Below, one piece after another: positions 15,778-24,939 of a stretch of 25,710 bases of DNA. Origin of the DNA: an uncultured bacterium. Its GTDB lineage: Bacteria > T1Sed10-126. Position 1 is the first letter of the stretch. Each line of letters opens with the position of its first letter. Made by a program: the position numbers and the translations under genes. The notes beneath the pieces were generated by a model. The model was not told the origin of the DNA. It was given only the letters and a program-made list of their open reading frames with translations, and searched no databases. The stretch spans positions 1 through 25,710 of the forward strand of contig CAZMIT010000012.1 of assembly GCA_964566495.1 (NCBI GenBank), read 5' to 3'.

Positions 15778-17022
15778 ATGAGTAAGAAGAAGGAAATAGA
15801 CTGGTATGAGAACTCGACTCAACCGGGGAGTGCGGAGGCAACGGAGATTCTTGAGACCGTGCCCCGGGGAGTGGGTCGGGAAGCGCGCAACTTTCACCGG
15901 CAAATCCCCGGTTACCGGCAGACACCGCTGAAGGGGTTGAATACCCTGTCGGAGATGCTCGGTCTGGGGGGGATCTGGGTCAAGGACGAGTCGCAGCGGC
16001 TGAACCTTAACTCGTTTAAGGCGCTTGGAGGCGCTTTTGCTATCTACCGGTTTCTAAAGCGGGAACTTGATCGTGAGGACGAGGAGGTACCGTTTGAAGA
16101 GTTAAAAGCTGAGTCGGTGTCAGAAGATGTGAGTGAGACTGTTTTTGCGACGGCGACGGACGGGAATCACGGTCGCGGCGTTGCCTGGGCGGCGGATAAG
16201 CTGGGCTATCGCTCCGTGATCTACGTGCACGAGAATACGAGCCAGGCCCGGATAGAGGCGATAGAAAGCTACGGCGCCGAGGTTGAGATTATTGGCGGGA
16301 CCTACGACGACGCCGTGGAACAACTCAGCAGCGACGCCGAGGACCAGGGCTGGCAGATAATATCCGATACTTCGTGGCCCGGATACGACGTCATACCGGC
16401 CTGGATAATGCAGGGTTATACCACCATGTACGTGGAGGCCCAGGAGCAGCTAGCCGGAGTCGGATTTGACCGACCCACGCATGTTTTTGTGCAGGCTGGA
16501 GTGGGTTCGCTGGCTGCTTCGGTGCTTGCCTACTACGAGGGTTTGCTCGGTGAGGAGCGGCCAAAAACCGTGGTTGTGGAACCATCGCGTGCGGCCTGTA
16601 TTTACGAATCTATTCGTGAAGGAGAGCTGACAAAGTTCGCCGGTGACCTGGATACAATAATGGCCGGTCTGGCCTGTGGTGAAACCAATCCAATGGCCTG
16701 GGATGTACTTAAGAATTGTGGAGATTACTTTGTTTCCTGTCCTGATTTTGTGGCGGCTAAAGGGATGCGAGTTTACGCCGTTCCCGTCGAGGGGGATCCG
16801 TTCGTAGTTTCCGGAGAATCGGGAGCGGTAACCCTGGGGCTGTTAACGTTCATAATGGAACATCCGGAACTCAAACCCCTGCGCGAGGGACTTGGGCTTG
16901 GTCCCGACTCACAGGTGCTTCTTTTGAATACCGAGGGCAACACCGATCCAATTTATTTCCGTCGGGTCGTCTGGGAGGGAACCAATCCGGTGCCGGACAA
17001 GTTTCGTCTGCTCAGCGATTGA
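15778..17022 (+). CDS. dpaL: Diaminopropionate ammonia-lyase (PLP-dependent)
   Basis: VKDESQRLNLNSFKALGG, TATDGNHGRGVAW, IMQGY, QAGVGS, TIMAGLACGE, SGESGA, NTEGNTDP. Confidence 0.93.
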   Translation: MSKKKEIDWYENSTQPGSAEATEILETVPRGVGREARNFHRQIPGYRQTPLKGLNTLSEMLGLGGIWVKDESQRLNLNSFKALGGAFAIYRFLKRELDREDEEVPFEELKAESVSEDVSETVFATATDGNHGRGVAWAADKLGYRSVIYVHENTSQARIEAIESYGAEVEIIGGTYDDAVEQLSSDAEDQGWQIISDTSWPGYDVIPAWIMQGYTTMYVEAQEQLAGVGFDRPTHVFVQAGVGSLAASVLAYYEGLLGEERPKTVVVEPSRAACIYESIREGELTKFAGDLDTIMAGLACGETNPMAWDVLKNCGDYFVSCPDFVAAKGMRVYAVPVEGDPFVVSGESGAVTLGLLTFIMEHPELKPLREGLGLGPDSQVLLLNTEGNTDPIYFRRVVWEGTNPVPDKFRLLSD

Positions 17023-17041
17023 CTTGAGGTGTTTTTTTGTG

Positions 17042-18328
17042 CTAACCGGCGTAGGCGGTGGGGAGCTGCTGCCAGCGGGTGGTAAAAGCGGGCGAAAGGT
17101 GGTTTCTCTCCATGCTCCATTCTTTTTCCAGACCTTCCCCCAGCAGCTGGAGCGAATTTTTACCAAATTGGCTGTTGATTTCGTCGAAGGTGGCCATAAG
17201 CTTCTCGTCGGCGAGAGACGCTTCCGCTTCCGTCAGACTTCTCTGTACTTTATCCCGGGGCAGTAGGTCACTGAGGACGACGCCTGCCTTATGATAGCGG
17301 TAGCCGGGTTGATAGATTTCTTCCAGGCAGCGAGAAGCTTTGCGGGCGATTACGTGCGTCGAGTCAGTCGGTTGGGAGAGGCCCCGCAAAGTTAAGTTAC
17401 CGTAATTTTTTCCTTCCTCAAAGCGACTGGTGCGGATAAAAACCTGTACCGCACCCGTGCACTGGCCTTCGTCGCGAAGCCTTTCACAGGCGCGGCGTGT
17501 GTAAGTTACCACGGCTTCGCGGAGATCCTGGAACTCAGTTATTTTCTCGCCAAACATACGGGAGCAGGTGATACGTTTCTTAGGGTCGCCTCCGGGTTCT
17601 AACGGTATACAACTAATCCCCTGAAGTTCCCTTTTGCGTCGTAGGCCGGTGACGGTAAGATTCTTCCGCGCCCAGCGGGAACTGCAGTTGCGCAGGTCGA
17701 GGGCAGTGTTGATTCCTGCCTGGCGGCAGGTGCGGGCGTAGGCTGAGCCGATTCCCCAGACGTCCTCGACGGGTAAATCGGCGAGCACAGCTTCCAGGTC
17801 CTTCCAGTCGGCGGTATTTTGCACGTCCTCCCGTTCCTCTCCCTTAGCCTGCTCCATTGCCACCTTGCAGAGGGTCTTGGTAGGAGCAACAGCCACGGAG
17901 ACAGGGATTCCCGTCCATTTTCTTACGGTCCGCGCTATTGTGCGTCCGTAATTCGTGAGGTCCCGGTGTCGGGAGTCGGACAGGCGGAGGAACATCTCGT
18001 CTATTGAGTAGGCTTCCAGGTCAGGGGAAAACTGTTTCAGGGTGTTGCGGACCCGGCGGGACATGTCGCCGTAGAGCGTGTAATTGCTGGAACGAACGGC
18101 GACGTTGTTTGCCTCAATTACGTCCTGTTTCTTGAAGTAGGGGTCGCCAAGTTCAAGTCCCAGCTGACGCGCTTCGGGGGTTAGAGCAATCAGGCAGCCG
18201 TCATTGTTGGACAGGACAACGAGGGGACGATCGCGTAGAGCCGGCTGGAAGACCCGCTCGCAGGAGGCGTAGAAACTGTTACAGTCGACCAGCAAGAAGT
18301 GGCACTCTTCAGAGCTGGTGGATGACAT
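17042..18328 (-). CDS. umuC: Y-family DNA polymerase V subunit UmuC
   Basis: LVDCNSFYASCE, VLSNNDGC, SSNYTLYGDMS, YSIDE, C-terminal WSMERNHLSPAFTTRW. Start uncertain (18328 or 18340). Confidence 0.95.
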   Translation of the reverse strand: MSSTSSEECHFLLVDCNSFYASCERVFQPALRDRPLVVLSNNDGCLIALTPEARQLGLELGDPYFKKQDVIEANNVAVRSSNYTLYGDMSRRVRNTLKQFSPDLEAYSIDEMFLRLSDSRHRDLTNYGRTIARTVRKWTGIPVSVAVAPTKTLCKVAMEQAKGEEREDVQNTADWKDLEAVLADLPVEDVWGIGSAYARTCRQAGINTALDLRNCSSRWARKNLTVTGLRRKRELQGISCIPLEPGGDPKKRITCSRMFGEKITEFQDLREAVVTYTRRACERLRDEGQCTGAVQVFIRTSRFEEGKNYGNLTLRGLSQPTDSTHVIARKASRCLEEIYQPGYRYHKAGVVLSDLLPRDKVQRSLTEAEASLADEKLMATFDEINSQFGKNSLQLLGEGLEKEWSMERNHLSPAFTTRWQQLPTAYAG

Positions 18329-18749
18329 AGGTGGCCACACCCCAGATTCTGAAGTCGCTTTCCGGGTTGATTTTCAGGTTTTCGTAATCGTCGTTTTCGG
18401 AGAATAGATAGAAGTCTTCTTCCTTTTTGACGAGTCGTTTTACAGCCAGTTGGCCGTCGAGGACGGCGATAACGATTTTACCTTTGGTTGGTTCCAAAGA
18501 CCGGTCGACGACGAGGATGTCGCCGTCGTGAATACCGGCGTCAACCATGGAAGCGCCGGAAACGCGGACGAAGAAGGTGGCGGTGGGGTTGTCAATCAGG
18601 TGCTCGTTGAGGTCGATTCGTTCTTCCATGTAGTCTTCGGCGGGGGATGGAAAACCGGCGGGACAAGCGGCTTCGGCCATGGGCAGCTCCAGCTCCGTCG
18701 ACGTGTCAGCCGGCTGTATTTCGGTTATTACCAGTTCATTTTCGCTCAT
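18309..18749 (-). CDS. umuD: DNA polymerase V accessory subunit UmuD (S24 peptidase)
   Basis: AGFPSPAEDY cleavage region, catalytic Ser VSGASM, Lys AVKRL; no HTH; overlaps umuC. Confidence 0.95.
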   Translation of the reverse strand: MSENELVITEIQPADTSTELELPMAEAACPAGFPSPAEDYMEERIDLNEHLIDNPTATFFVRVSGASMVDAGIHDGDILVVDRSLEPTKGKIVIAVLDGQLAVKRLVKKEEDFYLFSENDDYENLKINPESDFRIWGVATYVIHQL

Positions 18750-18776
18750 TTTTACCACCGGAGAATCAAGAGTAGC

Positions 18777-18806
18777 TCGCAGATTAGCGCAGATGATCGC
18801 AGGTTA
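18777..18806. repeat. Three-copy decamer tandem repeat
   Basis: tcgcagatta gcgcagatga tcgcaggtta. Confidence 0.55.
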
Positions 18807-18819
18807 AATTCCAAATAAT

Positions 18820-18851
18820 GTGAACTATAGATTTCACGAGTGAAGTGTAAA
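18820..18851 (-). promoter_or_regulatory. Candidate umuDC promoter with palindromic operator
   Basis: TTTACA-16 nt-TATAGT on the minus strand; GTGAA-N8-TTCAC (18820-18837) spans the -10. Confidence 0.45.
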
Positions 18852-19037
18852 TCAAATTCCATCAAAATCAAGCTGCCGCTCCGAAAAAAACAAGCGAATT
18901 TTCGCATTTGATCATTTGATCATTTCATCATTTTCGAAAATGCGCAATTGTTTGTGGCGGAGGGGTTAAGAAGGTTCCGCGTATATTTTAGATGTGATAA
19001 AATTATGTGAATTTCTAACAGATGAGGTGCTGCTATA

Positions 19038-19862
19038 GTGAATTTGGGTAATTTTGGAGCGAGATTACTTGAGGAAGTGCCCGCTGATTTTGCCTGTGAG
19101 TGGGATAACGTCGGCTGGTCGGTAGGACCACTTTCGCAGCAACTGACCGGCGTTATGGTAAGTGTTGATCCTTCGCCGGAAGCGGTAGATGTCGCGCTGG
19201 AGAAGAACTGCAACCTGCTTTTCTGTCATCATCCGCTTCTTTTTGAACCGGTCAAGCAGCTTGTAGAGTCTAACCCACCGCAGAATCTGGTGTTGAAAGC
19301 AGCCCGCGAGTCACTGGGCATTTTTGCGTTGCATACCAACGCCGATGCCTGTCCGGGGGGATTAAACGATATTTACGCCGATTACCTGGACCTGCAGGAG
19401 CGGCAACCGGTTCAGCTGGTAGCTGAGGAGGAACCGGCGGCAGGACTCGGACGGGTGGGGGATTTGGCGGAGACAGTTACTGTTCGGCAGCTGGAGAAAA
19501 AATTGAGCACTCGGTCCGAGATTAGCTATTTTCGTCGTGTCGGCGACCCGGAAGCTAAAGTTACCCGTCTGGCGCTTTGCACCGGCAGTGGCGGCGAGCT
19601 GATTGAACGTCCTTCGGTCGTCGAGTCCGATCTCTTTATTACCGCTGATCTCAAGCACCATGACGTCGAAGCAGCACGGGCACGTGGTTTAAACCTGATA
19701 ATTCTTGATCATTACGAAATGGAACAGGTTTTCCTGGATTTTGCGCGAGAGTTGTTGAAAAAAAAGTTAAAAGTATCAGAAGCGATCCATTACTTTGAGA
19801 GAAAAAATCCTTACCGACACACTGTCCAACATAAATTTTTAACCAACCGGGAGGAAAAATAG
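19038..19862 (+). CDS. Nif3-like dinuclear metal center hexameric protein (YbgI/YqfO family)
   Basis: WDNVGW, HHPLLF, HTNAD, GLGRVG, CTGSG, TADLKHH, HYEME. Confidence 0.93.
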   Translation: MNLGNFGARLLEEVPADFACEWDNVGWSVGPLSQQLTGVMVSVDPSPEAVDVALEKNCNLLFCHHPLLFEPVKQLVESNPPQNLVLKAARESLGIFALHTNADACPGGLNDIYADYLDLQERQPVQLVAEEEPAAGLGRVGDLAETVTVRQLEKKLSTRSEISYFRRVGDPEAKVTRLALCTGSGGELIERPSVVESDLFITADLKHHDVEAARARGLNLIILDHYEMEQVFLDFARELLKKKLKVSEAIHYFERKNPYRHTVQHKFLTNREEK

Positions 19863-20593
19863 TGAGTGTATCAAGGAAGCTAAAGGCAGTAGAGAAGTTG
19901 CAGGAAGTAGACCTGGAGATTGATCGGCTGGAAGAGTTGGACGAAAAGATTCCCCGACAGATAGAAGAGGAGAAACAGTCCGTAGAGGTCATGGAAGAGC
20001 AGCTTGAGGAGTTAGAAGAGCAGCGGATGGATCTAATAAAACGTCGCGACGCCAAAGAGGTCGACGTTAAGCAGTATGAAGAGGATATCGAGAAGAAAGA
20101 AAGTGACCGTTTTAACGTTAGCAAGCAGGCGGAATACGAGACGATAAACGAAGAGATTGAACGGCTTGAGAAAAAGGTTGAGGAGGCCTCGGAACAGTAT
20201 CTCGTTCTGGACGAGGAGATCGAGCAGGTTGAGGGGGAAATAGCCGAGATGAAGACACGCGTGCAGGAGGCACAGGGAGAAATCGATAAGTTTGTAAAAG
20301 AACGTGAGGAGCAGCTTGAAAAAAACAAGGAGAAGTTGGAGAAGCTTTATTCCGAGAGGGAAAAATATCGGGAAAAATTGGAAAGTCTTGATTCCGGGTT
20401 GTTACGTCGCTACGATAGGATTAAGAAGAAAAAGACGCCGGTTTTGGTGCCCATAGTTGATCACACCTGCGACGGCTGTCACGCTCGCATCCCGGCCCAG
20501 CGTATAAACGAGGTGCGACAGTTGAAGGACATTTATTATTGTGAGAGCTGTTCGCGTATGATTTTCTGGCAACAAAAAGACGAATCTGAGTAA
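19862..20593 (+). CDS. Coiled-coil C4-type zinc ribbon protein (DUF164 family)
   Basis: KLQEVDLEI, long coiled coil, CDGCH...CESCSRM. Confidence 0.92.
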   Translation: MSVSRKLKAVEKLQEVDLEIDRLEELDEKIPRQIEEEKQSVEVMEEQLEELEEQRMDLIKRRDAKEVDVKQYEEDIEKKESDRFNVSKQAEYETINEEIERLEKKVEEASEQYLVLDEEIEQVEGEIAEMKTRVQEAQGEIDKFVKEREEQLEKNKEKLEKLYSEREKYREKLESLDSGLLRRYDRIKKKKTPVLVPIVDHTCDGCHARIPAQRINEVRQLKDIYYCESCSRMIFWQQKDESE

Positions 20594-20606
20594 TAGGTAG
20601 AGATAG

Positions 20607-21353
20607 GTGGAAACTACAGTGTCAGGCTGGGAACGGTATTTTTTTAAAGGAAAGAATGACAACCAGCCCAAGAAAGTCTGGGTCGCGGTTGACGACGAGG
20701 GTCGTCCGCAACGCGAGGATGGACTCGCCCGGATGAAATATCAAAACTCCGAGGAAGCAAAGGTTTACAACGCCAGTCCAGCCAATTTAACCCCAATTGC
20801 GAAAGCAGACGAAACCGGTGGTTCGGAGCCCGAGCTTGAACCGGGTGAGGTAGAGGTGCGTCGCGGCTGTCCTGACTCCGTCGACCCACCGCCAATGCCG
20901 GACGGCGTTGATATTCTCATCTATACGGACGGCGCCACTTCATCCGCCACTCACCAGGGTAGTGGTCCAACCGGGATAGGGGCAGTGTTCTGGGACGGAA
21001 AAAACTACAAAGAGCTAAGCCAACCGCTGGGACGTGCTACCAACCAGGTCGCCGAACTGGCGGCTATCCGGCAGGCTCTGGAAGAGATTCGAACTCCCGA
21101 ACGGTCAATTGTCCTGCGAACTGACAGTCAGTACGCTCAAAAATCTTTGACCCAGTGGATACATAACTGGAAACGCAACGGCTGGCAGAACTCAAGCGGA
21201 CAGCCGGTTTCAAACCAGTCACTCATTAAGGAGATCAGCAGACGAATGGAAGATTTTAAAGATTTGAAAATTGAGTGGGTCGAGGGGCACGCCGGAGAAG
21301 AACTCAACGAGCGTGCGGACGAGCTGGCCGTGCGGGCTGTGGAAAAATGTTGA
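20607..21353 (+). CDS. rnhA: Ribonuclease HI with about 100-aa N-terminal extension
   Basis: IYTDG, TNQVAELAA, TDSQY, WKRNGW, WVEGHAG, NERADELA. Confidence 0.92.
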   Translation: METTVSGWERYFFKGKNDNQPKKVWVAVDDEGRPQREDGLARMKYQNSEEAKVYNASPANLTPIAKADETGGSEPELEPGEVEVRRGCPDSVDPPPMPDGVDILIYTDGATSSATHQGSGPTGIGAVFWDGKNYKELSQPLGRATNQVAELAAIRQALEEIRTPERSIVLRTDSQYAQKSLTQWIHNWKRNGWQNSSGQPVSNQSLIKEISRRMEDFKDLKIEWVEGHAGEELNERADELAVRAVEKC

Positions 21354-21631
21354 GATCTGACCTGGTCGGGGAACTGGCAGATGAGATGGAGGTGAGCGAG
21401 CGCGAAGCGCGCCAGCTGGTTAAACATTTTTTCAATTCAATCGGGAAAATACTGGAGGAAGAGGGGCGATTAGAGCTGCGCGGGTTTGGAGTTTTTGAGT
21501 TGCGTCAACGGAAGGGGCGCATCAGTCAGAATCCGCTGACGGGAGAAGAAACGGAAGTTCCGTCGCGCCAGGTGCCGGTTTTTAAGCCGGGGAAAGATTT
21601 AAAAGAGGCGGTGCGCCAGAGTAATGATTAA
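21347..21631 (+). CDS. HU/IHF family DNA-binding protein
   Basis: MLRSDLV...ELRGFGVF...NPLTGE...PVFKPGKDLK; ATG overlaps the rnhA end. Confidence 0.93.
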   Translation: MLRSDLVGELADEMEVSEREARQLVKHFFNSIGKILEEEGRLELRGFGVFELRQRKGRISQNPLTGEETEVPSRQVPVFKPGKDLKEAVRQSND

Positions 21632-22283
21632 AGGGATATTTTTTGATCTGGACGGTACGCTGTATCTTTCCACTCCAATTCTCCACTCTGCCTATGCCGA
21701 AGGAATAGAAAGTTATAACGAAGCCAGCGGTCGCGGGGTAAGGATTCCAACCGAGCAGGAGGTGCTGGAGCAGGTGGGTAATCCCGTCGAAGAGATTTAT
21801 GCCAACCTCTTCCCAGAACTGGTCCCCGAGGAACGAGATAAGATGACGCGGCGGATAGTTAGCAACCTGCTTAAAAAAATCAACAGCCGGGGCGGTCGGT
21901 TAGTCGAGGGGATTCCGGCAGTGCTGGATCAACTAAGCAGCAAATACAGCCTGGCCCTGGTAACTAACGCCCAGAAGGCATACATGGACGCTGTTGTGGA
22001 GACGTATGAGCTGGGCAAATATTTTTCTTCAATGATTTGCGCCGGTGAGATAGAGACCAACGACAAGGCTCGCTTGATTGAAATCAGTCTAAAGCGCCTG
22101 GACCTGGAAGCGGAAGAGGTGGTGATGGTCGGCGACCGGATTTCCGACCGAAAGGCAGCGGAGCAAGCAGGGACAGGCTTTATCGGCTGTAGTTTTGGTC
22201 ACGGTTCAGACGGTTCGATAGGCGAATTAAAGGTTGATTCGTTAAAAGAAATAGAAGCGCTGCTTAATGATCAGTTCCTGTAG
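21624..22283 (+). CDS. HAD family hydrolase (phosphoglycolate phosphatase-like)
   Basis: FFDLDGTL, LVTN, MVGDRISD. Confidence 0.9.
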   Translation: MIKGIFFDLDGTLYLSTPILHSAYAEGIESYNEASGRGVRIPTEQEVLEQVGNPVEEIYANLFPELVPEERDKMTRRIVSNLLKKINSRGGRLVEGIPAVLDQLSSKYSLALVTNAQKAYMDAVVETYELGKYFSSMICAGEIETNDKARLIEISLKRLDLEAEEVVMVGDRISDRKAAEQAGTGFIGCSFGHGSDGSIGELKVDSLKEIEALLNDQFL

Positions 22284-22293
22284 CTAATCAAAC

Positions 22294-22362
22294 CCTCTCC
22301 AAAATCCTTTCCCCCTCACCCTAGCCCTCTTCCTCCAGGGGAGGGGGGACTCTTCGGAGAGG
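22294..22362. repeat. CCCTCACCC...CCCTCT...GGGAGGG palindromic repeat; may serve as terminator between convergent genes
   Basis: ccccctcaccctagccctcttcctccaggggagggggga enclosed by cctctcc/ggagagg. Confidence 0.55.
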
Positions 22363-22369
22363 TTCTATA

Positions 22370-23905
22370 TTAACGGGGCAGGGGGAGGACCCGCCAGTAG
22401 TAGTTGCCCCGGTGCTGGACGAGGAGCAGCACGTCGGTGGCCCCTGTCTCGATCTGTCGTTCCAGGAAGCTTCGAAATTCATCGATGCTTTCGACCGGTC
22501 TGCGATCTACTTCAACTATTAAATCGTTCTCCCGAAAACCTCTTTCATAAGCAGGCGAAGCAGGGTCAATTTCTGTGATCTTGAGAACCGGTCTGGCCGG
22601 GCTGATGTTATACTGTTCGGCGGCTTCTTCCGCGGGAACCTCTTCCAGGCGAAGGCCAAGGTCCTCAAAGACGTCAGCCTCCGGCTCAGTTGGATCCTCG
22701 GGCTCGACAGTAGCTACCTCTTCGTCGATGGGAACCTCACCCAGAGTTACCGTAATTTCTTTTTTCTCATCTTCGCGAGCGATTAAAATAGAAACCTGCT
22801 CACCAATATCACGCGCTAAAACTTTGCGCTGTAAAGCCGAGGGAGAGTCAACCGGTTCGTCGTTAAATTCGAGAATCAGGTCGCCGTGGCGGAAGCCTGC
22901 TTCTTCGGCCGGGCTTTCCTCAGCAACTTCGGCGATGAGCACTCCCTTAGCGTGGTCAAATTGTTCGGCCAACTCGGGAGTAAGCTGTTGTATGACAACC
23001 CCCAACCAGGGGCGTTTGGGGTGGCCGTATTCAATCAGGTCCCGGGCGGTTCTTTGGGCCATATTACCGGAAATGGCGAAGCCAATGCCGACGTTGCCGT
23101 GGGTGCCGTCGGTGGCGATGGCTGTGTTGACGCCGATTACCTCGCCTTCAATATTAACCAGCGGACCGCCGGAGTTGCCGGGGTTAATGGCGGCATCGGT
23201 CTGGATTAAATCTTCGTATTGACCGATACCTATCGTGCGATGCAGGGCACTGATATGACCGACGTTTACGGTGTCGCGGTATTGAAAGGGAGCACCGATG
23301 GCGATCGCCCACTCGCCGACCTTAACACGATCGGAATCACCGAACTCAGCCGTGGGCAGGCCTGTCTTATCGACTTTTATAACAGCCAGGTCGTTGTGAG
23401 GGTCGACAGCCTTTACTTCTGCCTCAACTTCAGTTCCTTCTTCGAGTTCTACTTCTATTTTATCGGCTTTTTCGACGACGTGGCGGTTGGTCAATATGTA
23501 ACCATCGGAATCGACTATAATGCCGCTCCCCAGGTTTTCGACGTCTCTTTCAAAGGGATGCTGGAAGAAACGCTCAAAGAAGGGATCGTCAAATCCGGGA
23601 AAATCTTGAAATGGGAAGCCCCTCTCTCGGACTCTTGTGCGGGTGATGATGGAGACAACAGCCGGGCGAACGCGCTGGGAAGCGTAATTGATAGCAGTCT
23701 CTATCTGTTTGGCGGTCTGGATGGCCTCGTCCGGACGCTCGGGTTCCTCATGTTCTGTCAGCGCTGTGGAATCCGAGTTGTTAGCCCAACTAATCAAATC
23801 AGTCTCGTGCTGGAGGCTTCCTATTAAAAATCCGAGGGAGAGGGCGAGAACAGCCAGCACCAGTAGCTTCTGCTTGTCAGTATCCTCCAAAAAAGTAATC
23901 ATCAT
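22370..23905 (-). CDS. degP: DegP/HtrA (Do family) serine protease with two PDZ domains
   Basis: LTNRHVV (His), DLAVIK (Asp), QTDAAINPGNSGGPL (Ser), two PDZ-like regions, N-terminal TM; GGGAGG RBS. Confidence 0.93.
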   Translation of the reverse strand: MMITFLEDTDKQKLLVLAVLALSLGFLIGSLQHETDLISWANNSDSTALTEHEEPERPDEAIQTAKQIETAINYASQRVRPAVVSIITRTRVRERGFPFQDFPGFDDPFFERFFQHPFERDVENLGSGIIVDSDGYILTNRHVVEKADKIEVELEEGTEVEAEVKAVDPHNDLAVIKVDKTGLPTAEFGDSDRVKVGEWAIAIGAPFQYRDTVNVGHISALHRTIGIGQYEDLIQTDAAINPGNSGGPLVNIEGEVIGVNTAIATDGTHGNVGIGFAISGNMAQRTARDLIEYGHPKRPWLGVVIQQLTPELAEQFDHAKGVLIAEVAEESPAEEAGFRHGDLILEFNDEPVDSPSALQRKVLARDIGEQVSILIAREDEKKEITVTLGEVPIDEEVATVEPEDPTEPEADVFEDLGLRLEEVPAEEAAEQYNISPARPVLKITEIDPASPAYERGFRENDLIVEVDRRPVESIDEFRSFLERQIETGATDVLLLVQHRGNYYWRVLPLPR

Positions 23906-24054
23906 AACTTCCTCCCGTAATTTGTTTAGATTTCCTATACTATTTTATCAAAGTAATAAGAAAGTCACCACAGACCAGTGGTATTGAACAAAGCTCATGG
24001 GGAGCTGAAAGTCGACGCTCAATGGTCGAAAGTCAAATTCAAGGTCAAAGTCAC

Positions 24055-24103
24055 TGGATTGCCCGGTCAAGTCTTGGGACGTTATTCGTTCCGGGCAATG
24101 ACG
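24055..24103 (-). repeat. Single CGTC-tagged REP-like palindrome preceded by GTCAAA-like hexamers
   Basis: tggattgcccgg...ccgggcaatgacg with a perfect 9-bp stem. Confidence 0.7.
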
Positions 24104-24177
24104 AGAAGTGGGGCTGGATTGATCGGTTGGAAATGATGGAATTATTTTGCGGTTCTGTCAGAACGAGGTGTTGGAAG

Positions 24178-24939
24178 TTGGTGGAAGAAAAAAATAAAAA
24201 GCTGCTGATCATCTCTGATCTCCACGGCAACTATGAGGCGCTCAAGACGGTATTGGATACCAGGATGGCGAGAGAAGCGGAGGAAATTTACTGTTTAGGA
24301 GACATTGTCGGCTATGGCGCCTCGCCGGGTAAGTGTGTAGAGGAAATACGAAGCCGCGGGGCGAAAGTAATTCTTGGTAACCACGACGCCCTGGTGACGG
24401 GTCGAATTTCCTTTCAAGAAGTAAATATTCTGGCGGAGCAGGCGGCTCGCTGGACGCAAAAGCAGCTTACCGATCGGCAAATAGAATATCTGCGTGAGCT
24501 GCCGGTCAAACTGCGGTCGGGAGAGTTTATGTTTTATCACGGCAGTCCCTCGAGACCTCTGCGTCAGTACGTGGAAACGCCCTGGGATTTCAGGCGGGCC
24601 TGGAGCCAGGTCCACGACTGCCTTTTGCTCGGTCTGGGTCATCTGCACAAGCCCCGCTTAGTACGGGGCCGGCGGGGCGAAGAACTTCAGGCCGTGAAAG
24701 TGAAATACGAGGAGCCGTTTGAATTTGCCGAGGACGAGGTAGGAGTTTTCAACCCGGGGAGCGTCGGCCAGCCCCGGGACGGCGACTCGCGGGCCGCTTG
24801 TTGTCTGGCCGAAGTTGTGGGGAAAAATATTAAATTAAGCTGGCAGCGGGTGGAATACGACGTGACCGCAGCTGCAGACAGAATAGTTGAGGCCGGTTTG
24901 CCGACACGGCTGGCCGACAGGTTGTTCAAAGGACGGTGA
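24178..24939 (+). CDS. Metallophosphoesterase (calcineurin-like)
   Basis: SDLHGN, GDIVGYG, GNHD, HGSP, GHLH, NPGSVGQPRDGD, RVEYD. GAGGTG RBS favours TTG 24178 or GTG 24181. Confidence 0.92.
   Translation: MVEEKNKKLLIISDLHGNYEALKTVLDTRMAREAEEIYCLGDIVGYGASPGKCVEEIRSRGAKVILGNHDALVTGRISFQEVNILAEQAARWTQKQLTDRQIEYLRELPVKLRSGEFMFYHGSPSRPLRQYVETPWDFRRAWSQVHDCLLLGLGHLHKPRLVRGRRGEELQAVKVKYEEPFEFAEDEVGVFNPGSVGQPRDGDSRAACCLAEVVGKNIKLSWQRVEYDVTAAADRIVEAGLPTRLADRLFKGR

Noticed and set aside
18309..18749. LexA repressor call for the S24 peptidase
   Set aside because: No N-terminal HTH and directly coupled to umuC, so it is UmuD.
19651..20328. Long antisense ORFs (also 22575-23222, 23219-23827, 402-884 and similar)
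   Set aside because: Shadows of well-supported genes on the opposite strand.
19038..22283. rnpB next to the Nif3-zinc ribbon-RNase H cluster
   Set aside because: The genes are contiguous and no GAGGAAAGTCC RNase P signature was seen.
24022..24177. ORF-track N-terminal extension of the metallophosphoesterase
   Set aside because: Runs through a REP-like repeat; the RBS supports a start at 24178 or 24181.
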